A stretch of DNA of 63,945 bases, the filler included, from Piptocephalis cylindrospora (lineage: Eukaryota), in the NCBI GenBank assembly GCA_003614145.1. It is 3 parts of 3 records of this genome, joined end to end, with 100 filler letters (N's around TTAATTAATTAA, not from the genome) between each part and the next. Parts side by side here need not be neighbours in the genome. Positions count along the whole stretch, not along the records: positions 22,682 to 45,255 come from KZ987799.1; 2 more parts are not named here. One strand, given 5' to 3'. Positions 22,682 through 35,008 of this stretch are shown here, piece after piece. The position numbers were made by a program, and so were the translations under genes. The notes under the pieces were generated by a model. It saw only the letters and a program-made list of their open reading frames with translations, did no database searches and was not told the DNA's origin. Every line of letters starts with the position of its first letter. Position 1 is the first letter of the stretch.

Positions 22682-24559
22682 TGCTCAGAGAGAGACCTGG
22701 ATATTCGACTGTGCACGGTTGCTTAGGAAAAATATAGTAACCATAGAGAATATCAGACTGACATTTCAAGGGATTGCCTGGGCTGATCTTTTCTGAAAGA
22801 GACCGGATAAGGGCAGAAAGGGAGTAAGCAATCCATCTGTAAGTTCGTATGGTGTCCAGGATCTGATCTCTGGGCTGGTAAGGAGTGTGAGCAAGCCAAA
22901 GAGCGGGAAGGTAGGGTAAGGAGGGATAGAGATCCAACAAGAGAAGGCAGCTGGACGAATGGTAATGGGAAGCCTGGCAGTCATTGATAGTCTCAAAAAG
23001 TGAACGCATCAAAAAATCAGCCTTTTCAAAGGACCATTTTGTTCCTGTCGACGGTTGATGTGAGAGTTCTAAAAGATGATGGGCGGAATGAACAGATGAT
23101 TAAACATGATCCGTGTAAATTAAAGGAATAAGGATGGGATACACGTACCCTTGGGTGATTTTTTTGATTTGACCTTGCCTGCCGCTATCGATGTAATGGC
23201 CATCGAAAGGACAATCGAAAAATAAAGAAAGGTGAAAATGTGAAAGCGCATGTGAAGTTTATCCAAGTAAGAGATGACTGATGAGTCGTTAGGTTGGTGG
23301 CCAACAAGAGGGGCTAAAATAGTCGTCGTTAAGAAAGAGTTACTGGACGTGGATGTGTTGAAGGTGTGGAAGTGTGGGTTAGAAGAGCAGGAGGGTATGC
23401 TCTCTTCATGGACGCGCTGCCGCTTAGCTGTTCATGTACTTATAGCCGTCCCCCTCTAGTTTGAAAAAAGGGGCAGTGTGAAGGTATATAAAAAAAAGAC
23501 AATACTGATGGCTCTTGGGGTGTCACGTAAATGCTGACATAGGTATGCGTGCAGAGTCTTGGCAGCAAGTCGACACAGATGAGAACTGGCAGCATGGGAC
23601 GGACGATAAGAAAGGAAAAATGGCCGTCAAGCCACTGATTGGGCGCCATCACTCCCGACCTAGCAGGTTCGCTGTCGATGCGAGAGGGCCAGGACTAACT
23701 GCCAACACAGCCTAACCCAAAAAGGAAAAGAAGGGGTTTAGCGGGACTGTGAGATGGATCTGCCATCGAGCAGACACTAAACACAGAGCGGACTTGAGAA
23801 GGATGATTGAAGCGTGCAACGTGGACTGGACTGTATGGGACACCAGTTATTTCTGTGCCCCAGTGGGGCAGGGGAGGGGCAGGGTAAGGTGTATGAGGAG
23901 ACCCATCCTAGATTTGTCGATTCACACAGGATGGCGATGCATGGGGGCGGAGGTGATGACAGGTGGTGCAAAGGGATTGAACAAAACCAGGACGGTTATG
24001 ACGATCTGCTGCAGTCAAATAGATTGCCCAGTGCCATGCAAGACGAGGGGAGAATCCAAGTCCTTTGCACAGCTTGATTCGACTCCTCTTTTGGATCTTA
24101 CTACTGAAGAAACGTTCGCTCGGAGGCTTGTACAATGCAAAGATGATCCTTGGATGGCGCCCCTCTTCTCACCCATCATTTTGCTGACTTCCCGTTTGCA
24201 AACGTACTTTTATAGGCGATGACTCTGAGCGAGGACGTGGACAATGTGATTGCGGACGAAGGCCTCAAGGCCATAGATATCATTATCGTCAAAGGGGAAG
24301 GTGCTGAATGGGATAGCGATGCAAAATGGTGCGTGGAGCGTCACGGTCAGTTCCATTTCAAACGAGGACTAGGATGATGGAGAGAAGGGAATAGAGGATA
24401 GTGTGGAAAGTATATAAATAAATCAAGAAATAGGATAGGATGAGCACAGAACACATCCACTTTAGCCTCTCATCCGAGGAGCCCTATCTGCTCCATCTCC
24501 TATAGTACACTGGATGCGAATGCCCATCCAGATGAGAATCCGTGTAGGTACCACTAATT

Positions 24560-26288
24560 CTATGTGTGGCCATCGCTAGGAGGATTTGGGTAGGGAGGAG
24601 AAGCGGCCTTTGCGCCATTTTCACTTCTTCGAGATGAGCTAGCCTTCTTCTTGACCTTTTTCCCCTCGGTCACCTGATCCAGGTCCTCAGGCCCATCTTC
24701 CATGCCTTGTCCGATGCTGGGGGAGGAGTAGCCCCAGGCCCGTTCAATGACTCCACGTATCCGACCTCTGGCCTCTTCCTCGCCCTTTTGACGCCAGTCC
24801 TCCAGGGAGCAGGGTCGTAGGGCTCCGGCCAGCCTTTCCTCCCCCACCGTGCTCCACTCTCCCCCATATTCATGACCAGGGTAGATAATGGTTTCGGCGT
24901 CGAGTTCTTCGGAAAGCCTTTGAAGGGAGGACCACATGGAGTCCCTGTCGGCCCCAGGAAGATCCAGCCGGCCGCAGCAGCCGAGGAAAAGAGTATCACC
25001 GGAGATGAGCCGACGCTCATTGAGTAAGACGCACTGGGAGCCCGGGGTATGGCCTGGGGTGTGGAGGAAACGAAGAATGGTCCTTTCCCCGAGACGTAAG
25101 ACAAAGTTGTCTGAGGTAGGGATGATGCGGTTGAGGGGAAGGGTGGGGTTGTCCGGTTTGAGTCTGGGGATATCCTCAGGATGGACATATCCAGTAAGCG
25201 CAGGAAATTTTTTCATTAAGCTAGCCAGACCAGGGACACGGATGCGGAATTGATCATACGGGGGGGGTGGGACGCCACCGACATGGTCAAAGTGGTGATG
25301 GGTGACGATGAGACCGACCAGTTCATATCCTTCCTGCTTTACAATTTTTAGCAGACCATTGACATCCCAACACTATGGAGGAGGAGGAGGAGGAGAGGAG
25401 AGGGTGAGCTGAATGAAACAAATACCCCGCTCCACCTCTCCCGCACAAAGAAAGACTTACAGCATCAATGAGGACGCACTTTTTGGTATCCCTATCGCCA
25501 ATGAGATAGATAAAGTTCCTCATGCTGGTAGCAGCCTCGTTGATGCGGCTTTGGATGGGGGAGAGGGACCGGCCTGAGGCAATATCTCGACCCACGAGGA
25601 TTTGCCGGATGAACAGACCGCTTCGAGCGTCCTCCAATTTGATGGCGGCATTTGCAATGCCTACACGGGCATCTGGACTAGTGGGGTCCCGCTCAAGACA
25701 CTCTTCATAGCACCGAATGGCCTCCTCGTAATCCCGAAGACCGAGAAGAGCCTCGCCCTTGCGATAAAAGCCCTTACCCCAGGATGGTCGGATGCGAATG
25801 GCGATCTCGGCATCCTCCTTGGCGTCAGCATACTTTCCCAGCATGCAATGGGAAGCCGAGCGATTGGAGTGGAGAAGTGCGGTGAATTCGGGGGCCTGGG
25901 TATAGGGATTATGCAGGGCGACTGGGGTGCTTTGTCGCTTTGCCGCCTTACTAAGATACGCCCCATTGGACCAGGATGAGGTGGGGGAGGCGGGGGAGGC
26001 CACATTGGAGGAAGAGGAGGAGGGTGAGGAGAGGAAGGGGAGGAAATGGCTAGGACTGGCTGGAGGAAATGATGAGGGGATGGAGGATGTGGATGAGGAG
26101 GGGGAGGGAGACGAGGTAGAGGGGGAGGGGGAGGGGGAGGGTGAGGAAGGAGATGGCAGAACTAGCAGGTAATTGAGGGCCTTGGTGTACTCGGAGACGG
26201 CTGCCTTGTAGGCCTGTCGGTGAAAGTGCTCGTTGGCCTTACAAGTCGTCCGGTACAACCACTGATCGGGGGCATTTGCCTGGAACAT
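24560..26288 (-). CDS. TPR + metallo-beta-lactamase-fold (glyoxalase II-like) hydrolase fusion; exons 26288-25461, 25372-24560 (about 546 aa)
   Basis: TPR helices (ANEHF..YKAAVSEYTKAL; SNRSASH..AKEDAEIAI..WGKGFYRKG). The splice restores NFIYLIGD..IDACWD..THHHFDHVGG..HTPGHTPGS..ISGDTLF..GCCGR..YPGHEY. Confidence 0.88.
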
Positions 26289-26726
26289 GGGGTTGAGAGG
26301 AAAAGGGGTGAAAAAGGGATATGCGCTAGAGGGAATGGTTGAAGGATGGATGGGATGGAGGCATGGGGAGAGAGAGAGAGAGAGAGGGTAGGAGGGAGCA
26401 AAGCAAAACGAAAGTGTGAGAGAGAAAGAGGGAGAGAGAGGAGATTAAAACGAAAGGAGCAAGGGAAAAAGGAAAGAATAGTCAAGGTAAAGAATAGGAA
26501 AGGGAAGAGGGATGATTACGAAATGGCGATTTAATATGAGAGGCGGAAGAAAGGGGGCGGGACGATGGGCTTGGGACTGGGAAAGAGGAGGTGTCGGGAG
26601 TTGAAAGGGATCTGGGCAACTGGGTTTTGACCCAAGCGATGCAGATGGGGGAAGGGTCGGATGAGAGTGGGGAGGGGTGAGATGGCCGTGGTCGTGATGG
26701 CTTGTAGTATATGGGAGGAAGAGAGA

Positions 26727-26730
<4 letters not shown>

Positions 26731-26780
<50 letters not shown>
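26731..26780. repeat. (GT)n microsatellite
   Basis: About 25 GT units. Confidence 0.95.
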
Positions 26781-26784
<4 letters not shown>

Positions 26785-28581
26785 GAGAGGGATGGATGCA
26801 GAGGCCTGGGATCCCCTCCCCTTAAAGTCCGCTCAGGATGTACAAAGGGATGGGAGGAGGAAAGGAGCAGGGCTCAGACGAGGTGGGACAAGCGGGGGAT
26901 GCCCACCCACCCCACACACATCGACATACTCCCAAGGGATGCATCATTGCAGCTCATAGTAGACGAAGTGTTGTCTATAGAGCTGGACAGAGCCAGATGG
27001 GATGGGATGGGATGGGATGGCGAAGGGGTCAGCCCGTCTGAGAGGCAACTCAAAAGAAAGATGAGCGATGAGTGTAAGAAATCAAAGAGGATCCGCGTCA
27101 GGTGCGCACCAAAAAGCTGGATGGGGGAAGTTCAGGAGAATGACACCATTCACAGGGGGTGATAGCCTGTCCATGATGTATATCCGCGATGTGTGGAACG
27201 AGGGAGAGCATGACAAGTAGGGCTTTGACTGCCGGCTGATTTGCTCTCTCAGCAGTAAAAGTAAGTGAGAAAAGGGCCAGTCATCGTGGGGCATCTAGAG
27301 AATGAAGCTTTTAATGGTGTGCAACCAAAGCGGTACAATATTTCACGACCCTTCGTGTCTCTCCTGGGCTCAGTTTCGAGTGTTTTCCTATACTGTAGGA
27401 TCAAGCAGAGACCTGTCCATACCGTTCAAGGGGTCTCTCTTATCTACTGCCACTAGCAATAAATAACAGCATGATGATACTGCTGAGGATCCTACCCACC
27501 TCTCCTCAGCAAGGTACACAGTATCCCCGTTTTCGTTCGCACCCAGTCTGGTTACTGATTGAATCCCCGTTCTAACAGTAAAAAGTCCGCTCGTTCAGAC
27601 TCCGACAAGCCTTCCCCAGAGTAGCGGGACATCGGTGAAAAGGAGAGGGGCGAAGGGGGCAATTTAGTGGATCACATGGACATCTCTGCCAATGAACACC
27701 TCGCCATGATCCGATAATGTAAGGGAATTTGATACTCCGCGCTGGGGGCCAGGGGAAGCGTCCGACTTGGTAGGGGGAAGGACAAGCACGAGGATGACCA
27801 GGAGAGGGTATTTTCACCGCTCTGAGGGTGCATGGGACTTGGCACTGTACTTTTTTTTCCCATCTGGGAGCTATATACTCATCCTACAGCCTAGTCTCCA
27901 TGGTCCCTTGACCATTTGGGGAGGGAGAAGATCCTCATCCAGTAAACCCCATCCACGACCACTACTTATCCCCTCTTCCCTAAAGGACTATTGCACAGGA
28001 ATGAGGAGGGTGTGTTTGAGGAGAGATATAGTATGGCATTCACCGACCACTCATGAAGAGGGTCAGATGCGTCAAGCAGGTCATGAAGCACAGTGCCTTG
28101 CAACACCTCGTCCCTTGACCGTCATCTCACTATGGCTTCACTATAAATGGGTTATGGAGCCTACAATGGGCTCACTCCCCTCCCTCTCCCTCCCCTCCCT
28201 CTCCTTCCTTTTTCCTGCTCCCTCACTCTCTCCTCTCCTTCTGCTTCAGAAACGGTTACGTCCGTAACCCCTCCCACTGACTCCAACGTAACGTCAACAT
28301 CCCACCCCTCCTTCTCTTCCTCCTCCTCCTCTTCCTCCTTTCCTCACCAAAACTGCCGACCCCCTCCTCCCTCTCCTCAGCACGACTGCCGCCTCCTCTG
28401 TCCACCCAAGCACCTCATTCTTCATCCCACCCTGAGGTCCACTCGGCAAAATTCTCCTCACGTTACATCTCGCTTCACGATTGATCCCTCATCATCCTTG
28501 CTCATTGCCTCTCCCGCCTCCCTCTCTTCTCCCTCCTTTCCCTCCTCCATCCCCTCCCTATATTTCACCCCGACATCCATC

Positions 28582-31200
28582 ATGAAGCCCCCATCCCATG
28601 CATTCCCTCTCCTCCGCCTCTTCCTTCTTCTCTCCGTTCTTAGCTCTAGTGCTCTTGCTACAAAGCATTACACGAATGACTCTCCCGCTAGCCACATTCA
28701 TTATGACCTTGACGATATAGCACATAGTCAGCAGCAACTCATCAATCAGGGTCGTCGCTACCGTCACATGCAGGAGCGCCCCCCTACCCATAGCCCGGCC
28801 CTTACGACATCTGATCAATCAGGTTAGTTTCTTCCTGCTATGCATCCTCGCGTCTTTTCTCCGAGTCCACTCAATCTCATCCTTGTTCCCCCTTACTCCC
28901 TTTCTCTAGATTACTCTCATCACATGTACGACAGAGGTGAAAGCCCTATCCACCGGCCATCCCACCCAAGCCTCGAGAAGCAGCTCAAACACGGCTTAAC
29001 TCCTGAGGCTATGGTTGGAATAGCTATGAAGCGCATCAAAGTGCTAAAAGAGCTTGCCAAGCAATACATTCAGAAGGAATTTGAGACGGCTCCCTTGGTG
29101 CGTGTCAACATCTCGCCAGGCTTCCTGGCCCTCACGGCGAAAAATCAGGAGAAAAAGACGGGCGTAGCGGGCAGAGAGGGCTGGAAAGCCAGGGGCATTG
29201 TCGAAGGTATTGTCCTGAATGACCGATCGCTTCACAAGTTTGAAAGTGCTATGGGCGCCATTGCCCTGACCAATCTTTTCCCCTTGGTTCGTCGGGCTCT
29301 TGGTCCTTGGTTCTACCAGGAGGCCCTGGAAACTCGTAAAATTTGGAGAAAGCGTTCAGCTTACATGATGGCTCGTCCCTATCGCAAACTCTCAAAAAAT
29401 TTCGACATCTGCATTGCTGTCCCACCCAAAAACCCTGGTGAAGTAATCTTCGCCGAAAGAATCAAGAACCTCAAGTACCGTGATGATGTGGATGAGATAA
29501 AGCTTATCCCCGGAACGCGCCCAAAATGGGAGGCTAATGCATACTTTCGGGCCGAAATTTCCTTTTCCATGGACTCGTTCATGTACTATGAGTCCAAAGT
29601 GCTTCATGCCTATGCCGCTCCTAAGGGTGCTGAATGCTCGGCTGCTTACCATGACTTGCACTGGGGAGCCGACTTGGAAGAGGTAAAGAGTGACCGGGAA
29701 AGACGAGAGAAAGGTAAAAAAAAGGATGCCCCGCCCACTTTCCTAAGTGTCCCTGGAACCATGACCCTATCGGTGGATTCACCTCTAAATACCATCATCA
29801 TCTCTGATCTGGATGACTGTGTCCTCAACAGCAAGATGCTCCAGACCCAGCGTATGGTCGCACAGCAAGCCTTCGAGAATTATAAGGTCCTTGAAGGGGC
29901 CTCTGACGCCTTCCGGATCATGGGTAATCGTATAACCAAAGAAGTCCGCGAGTCTTTGAAGGAGGATGTAAAAGGTATTACAAAGGTTATAAAAGGGCTG
30001 GAAATGAGGAGGAAGATCGAAGATAAGCTTTGGCCCTACTCTCTTCCCAATCTCAGCACACGGTTTGTCAGCGCCGGATCCATCCTCATGGTCCCACTTA
30101 TCGCTGAGGTTCTTAAAGAGGAAGGGTTTCAGGATTTTTCCCTGCATATGAATCCCATCATGATGACCTCCTGGTCCGTTTTTCCGGACATGTACAAAGC
30201 AGCTCACCCCTACAAGTTTAAGGGCAGATGGTTTAAAGAAATTGAGCATTTCTTTCCCAAGAGCCGCAAGTATTTTATGGAGGATTCGGCTCAAGTCGGG
30301 CCTGAGGTTCTAGCCAAGGCTTACTCCGAACATGTCAAAAAGTCATCCTCTGTCCATCCAAACTGGAGGATCCTCATCCGTGACCCTTGGCCCCAGAATA
30401 AATATGGCGAATATTTTCGCTTCAAGGATCTGAATCGCCGTCAGAAGAAAAAGGTGAATATCGAAACGATCCGAGAGACCATGGGGAAATATGGCGTTCC
30501 CCCCAGCCACTATTACATCTTTACCGATTGGTATGAGCATGTCCTCTTCAAGGGGATTGGTGTCGTCCCCCTAGCTTCCCCCGGCGATACTTCTGCTCAG
30601 TACCCTCACGGTACTTGGAAGGATGGTTGGCATGGTATGGAAGATTTCACCAAGAAAGAGTACACCCATTGGGACAGTATGAGCCATTTTATAGAAGAAC
30701 GGGAGAGCACTTTTGCCTCCAGGGGTCTCCTAGCGCCTCCGCGTGACCAACTGCCCCTGAAAGGCCGGATTAGCGCAACTTCCAGGTCGTTCAGGCAATC
30801 GTGCATCGACATGAGTCTTAGTTTCTTCTCCTCTTTCTTCCGTGTCCTCCAAAAGGCGAAGAGAGCGATCCTCGGCTATCACACTCCAGATTCGTCCACG
30901 CACGCTTCTAGCAGGAGCAGTAGTCCTGACGGCCGTCGATATTCCTCTGATGAAGATGTATCGGGCAGGGGGATGGAGGACGAAGAGGAAAGAAGGTACG
31001 AAGAAGAGGAGGAGGACGGAGGTAGCTGCATCATTTGCCATATGTCGAATAATCCTCATCAGGATAATGTTAATGAGGAAGTACTCGAGGATGGTAGAAT
31101 GCGGGAATTCTTGAGGCGACTGGCAGAGGTATGGGATAAAGTGGTGAGCAAAACGCGAAAGCCTAAGAGGTCCGTTAGCTCAACTGTCTCTGCTTTCTGA
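28582..31200 (+). CDS. Secreted protein with an APP1-type phosphatidate-phosphatase (HAD) domain; exons 28582-28822, 28910-31200 (about 843 aa)
   Basis: Signal peptide MKPPSHAFPLLRLFLLLSVLSSSALA; in-frame GT-AG intron. IIISDLDDC, FVSAGS..PLIAEVLKEEGF and FFPKSRKYFMEDSAQVGPEV match APP1 motifs ISDIDDT, YVSxSPW and FPxRKFILVGDSGExDPE. Confidence 0.75.
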
Positions 31201-31976
31201 GTGAGGCGTCTGGGAAAGGGACGCCGAAGAAAGGTTGGTCTGAGCATTGCCTCATTTCCCTTTTTTTTGATGAAAGAATAAACTTTTTTTTTTATGTATC
31301 TATCCTTGATCGTGTTCTCTAATTTCTACTCTCTCCCTCTGGTGCTCGCCAATCCCCACCCTTACATTCTTAGTCACCCTGGAACTCTTAGCGGCCCTTG
31401 AACCTGCCCTGATAAGGCCGTTAAAATCGTCCATCTCCCTAGCTGGGGTATAGCCAATCAGTTTTGGTCAGGTGCAACAGCCCAGCCTCCTCACTCCGCT
31501 CTGTACTGTGAGGTTTTCGCATTTAGCACGTTTCCGCTGGAGCCCCGGCCCGCTCTGCCCAATAGTAACAGTCTCCGATTGCCCATCTTGAACCGGCGCT
31601 CAATTAGCATACAAAGTCCGATTGACCTTCATGTGGAGCACTGAAAGCTCTTGACTCCTAGTGATTTAGTAAGACGCTGACATCAGCACATGGAGTGTCT
31701 CTTATCAAACCATCTGGCTTCAGCCTTATCCTATCCCTCTGGAGACAAACATAAAAGGCCTGTCTTTTCCTCTCTCCCTCTCAACCTTTCTCGTACTTTC
31801 CCTATCGCTCAGTCTCTCTCCCCCTCTCTTCCCTTCCTGGATCCCCCTACGAGACACGCTACAACACCTCATTACGATTCAACAGGACAAGCCCCTAGCC
31901 TTCCCTCCACCGACTCAGACTCTACCCTCTACCATTGAGGGATCTCTAACGACCTTTCCTTTTCTCCTTGGCCAAT

Positions 31977-34169
31977 ATGCCCATCCTTGATCTCCGCTTG
32001 CTTCCATTAGCCTACCTTCTTATCCTTTTATCCCATGCTGCTCCTTCCTATGCCGCCCCGGGCCATGATCCAGAGAGTTCCAGTGACCCACTGCTCTCTC
32101 GGTTCCGCCAATTTTCTCCGGAACACTTTGCCAATGACGATCATGATAATATCGAGCCTGATCTCTCCAACAACTGGACCCCTTCGTCTTCCTCTGATCT
32201 CGGGAAAGAAAAGGGAAAGGAACCCATGTTTCCTAGGAACACCGACCCTCGAACAAGGCTTGGCCCCAACAAGGAAAAAGGGTGGATGCTCCTCAAAAGC
32301 TTCCATCCCTTAGATGCATCTCCATCTCGGAAGGAGGAGATCAAACAAAATGGTCATGACGACCCCTCCCCACCACCAAAGCCCGCTAAAAAGGACAAGG
32401 TTTATTTTATTCCCCCCAAGAAATCCATGAAAACTTTTATACTACGACTACCAAAGTCGAGGGATAAAGAGACCTATAACCCTTCCCCGGACCACACTAA
32501 ACCTAGCACGCTACCACTAGCAAATTCCAATAGTCAAAAAGTCTACATCCCCTTCAGTAGCCTCAATTACCCCCATAAATCATCCAAATCAAAGGCCATT
32601 AAACCGTCGAACCCTAAATTCCAAGCAACATACGAGAGATCTCCCCCGTTTCCGCGTACTCCAAGACTTCGGCCTGTGGTGACCAACGGCTCAAATCGAC
32701 CCCAGTCTCCCCCTCATCAACGATCATCCTTTGCCGACCATGCTTTCCATGATCCCACTTACATGCCGCCTCAGTATGGTAGCTCCCGTTTTACGCACTC
32801 TCCAGAGAGCTACCTCGACCCTCAATTCTCCGCCTCCTCCGTGATTACTGCTATACCAGATTCTGCGCGTAGCGATCTTTCTCCCAGCTCTTCTAGCTCC
32901 ACCATTAAAGGTGCTCATTTCAGTCGCAACCCTATTTCCAACCCTTCTCCTAGCTCTTCTGGCTCCACCATCAGAAGTGCCCATTTCCGTCGTGGCCCTA
33001 ATCCCGGCCCTTCTGGTTCTATCGTTGAAAATTCTTATATTAGTGATGATGATTCCTCGGGCTCGGACATTAGGAGTGAGCATATACGATCTCCCGTCAA
33101 TACGAAGAATGGAAAGGGTAAAAATAACATTTTTAATCAGGCCATTCAGGAAGCCCCTCCCAAGCCCTCTTTCCCTACGGTATCGTCAAAATTAGGCGCC
33201 AGCGAGCTACCTCTGCTCTCTCCAAAGGACGCCGGGGACTTTTCAGAGTTGAGTCTGAAGGCTAGGAGGATGCTTATTGCTGCGTTCAAGGATGAACCAA
33301 CTCAAGGAAAAAAGAAAACGATTCAAGACTCACCCGAAATGTTCGATAATTATAAGCAGTGGAAGAAGGTGACTGATCGGATACTGAAGGGGTTCTCCGA
33401 AGGAATCAGTGATATTATCAAGCTTCTCCTTCAAGTGCAGCATCTCTATCCGCAACCTGACTCTGATGAGGAGATGTTCATCACGCCTTCCCTGATGGAC
33501 ACTAGAATCCTAAATAAGGTTCAAAATAGCTTGGGTCAATCCCTTTCAGCTCTTCCTAATTATGCTGTCGGTCAAGATCATCTTAATCGTTTCGTCCGAA
33601 AGAAGAAAATGAATAGCAAGGTTACTCGGAGGATGACTGAAATTTCTGGGAGCTCCTTGAGTACCCATACCCCGAGAACAACCTCCCCATACCTTCTACT
33701 AGCCAGATCCATTGGCTTAAATGGTCATGATGACTTGGATTTGACTTCTCGGCTAACTCTTCAAATTCCTCGCGTTTTCGATGGCCTTGGTATGCTCCGA
33801 ACTTTGGTTTACCTATATCGTGTCTGTGCACCGCCCTCTTTGCGCAAAGATCAGAAGAAGCAGCTCCCGGAGGGGAGCTCAAAGGCCTTGAAATACTTCG
33901 ACACCCTCTCTTTTGCTCCTCTAACCAGGGCCAGTGAGAAGAGGAACCAGATGACACTATGGAAGGATGATGAGGTCAAGGAGCTTCAAAGCCTCTTGGA
34001 CCCTCTCTTGAGTTCACCTAACCGTCCCAAGACTTGTAATTCTCTGAAAGGTGTTTCTGGGCAGCTGCGGACCATCCATAAGAATATCGAGCAGGATTTG
34101 GAGTTTCTCTTGGACGATCTGGAGGAAGCCCATGATGATCTCAAGAAATTTCGGGATAGGTATCAGTAG
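31977..34169 (+). CDS. Secreted orphan protein, paralogue A (730 aa from ATG 31977)
   Basis: Intronless ORF, signal peptide ending SYA-AP, Ser/Pro-rich N-half, and a helical C-domain homologous to 35009-36574. Confidence 0.85.
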   Translation: MPILDLRLLPLAYLLILLSHAAPSYAAPGHDPESSSDPLLSRFRQFSPEHFANDDHDNIEPDLSNNWTPSSSSDLGKEKGKEPMFPRNTDPRTRLGPNKEKGWMLLKSFHPLDASPSRKEEIKQNGHDDPSPPPKPAKKDKVYFIPPKKSMKTFILRLPKSRDKETYNPSPDHTKPSTLPLANSNSQKVYIPFSSLNYPHKSSKSKAIKPSNPKFQATYERSPPFPRTPRLRPVVTNGSNRPQSPPHQRSSFADHAFHDPTYMPPQYGSSRFTHSPESYLDPQFSASSVITAIPDSARSDLSPSSSSSTIKGAHFSRNPISNPSPSSSGSTIRSAHFRRGPNPGPSGSIVENSYISDDDSSGSDIRSEHIRSPVNTKNGKGKNNIFNQAIQEAPPKPSFPTVSSKLGASELPLLSPKDAGDFSELSLKARRMLIAAFKDEPTQGKKKTIQDSPEMFDNYKQWKKVTDRILKGFSEGISDIIKLLLQVQHLYPQPDSDEEMFITPSLMDTRILNKVQNSLGQSLSALPNYAVGQDHLNRFVRKKKMNSKVTRRMTEISGSSLSTHTPRTTSPYLLLARSIGLNGHDDLDLTSRLTLQIPRVFDGLGMLRTLVYLYRVCAPPSLRKDQKKQLPEGSSKALKYFDTLSFAPLTRASEKRNQMTLWKDDEVKELQSLLDPLLSSPNRPKTCNSLKGVSGQLRTIHKNIEQDLEFLLDDLEEAHDDLKKFRDRYQ

Positions 34170-35008
34170 TCTTTTTTATGGCCTTCGACAATAATCATGA
34201 ATAGCAATGTTTAATTTCTTGTGGGAGGGTGTGTTTTTGGAAGCATTAGAGTAGAGGCGCTTTATTTTTCACACATTTACCCGCTTTTTGTCTGTGAATC
34301 GTCCCATTGTTGTTAGCTGATGGGTATTTACTTGGACTGTGGGCTCTTCACTTTATTTCATGTACTATTGTATCGTAATCGACTGTGACCTTTTTTTCTC
34401 CAGCGAGGCAGGTAAGCATCATCATCCAAACACCGTATCCACTCCTCTCATGTGTCTCCATCCTGACCATAATGGCAGTATGCACATATGCATATTTTTA
34501 GCCCTGCACTTTTATCTTTCCCTTTTAGCTCTACCTCGTGTCAACACCAATGTAGTGCAGTCATCGGCGTTGTCCCCCATCCATTTCAAGAGATAATGAG
34601 CCTGGTTTCTAGTCAGTGTCCATTTAGATGAAGCCGATTGTCGGTGCTATTCGGGTTATTCGGCTTAGCCAGTAAGGCCCTAGCCCACATGGATGGCGTA
34701 ACACGTTTTTTTGACCCCCTCCTGCGCCACTGTACAACGCATGGCATTCCTATAAAGACGCCATTCAGCCTACCCTTCTCCCCTCCATGCTCAACCCTTT
34801 TTCTCATCCTCTTCCCATCCACTGTACCTTGCCTCTTTCCGAGCTCCTTCATCCTCCCTCCCTCTAAGTCACCTACAAGACGTGGCACGACACCATACAT
34901 ACGACACAAGATATACAGCCTAGTACATCCTTGGCTTAGATTGACTCTCCCATACATCATATCCCCTCTTTTCAGATTGCAACGACATTTTCTTCATCCT
35001 CCTACGGG

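Noticed and set aside
22682..24400. Short ORFs at the start of the second contig
   Set aside because: No recognisable domains or consistent exon structure; no transposase or RT motifs seen.
26731..27162. ORF beginning MCVCVCVC
   Set aside because: A product of the GT and GATGG simple repeats.
31393..31420. CCCTTGAACCTG resembling part of a TPP riboswitch
   Set aside because: The upstream CTGAGA and the P5 loop elements are missing, and no thiamine gene is nearby.
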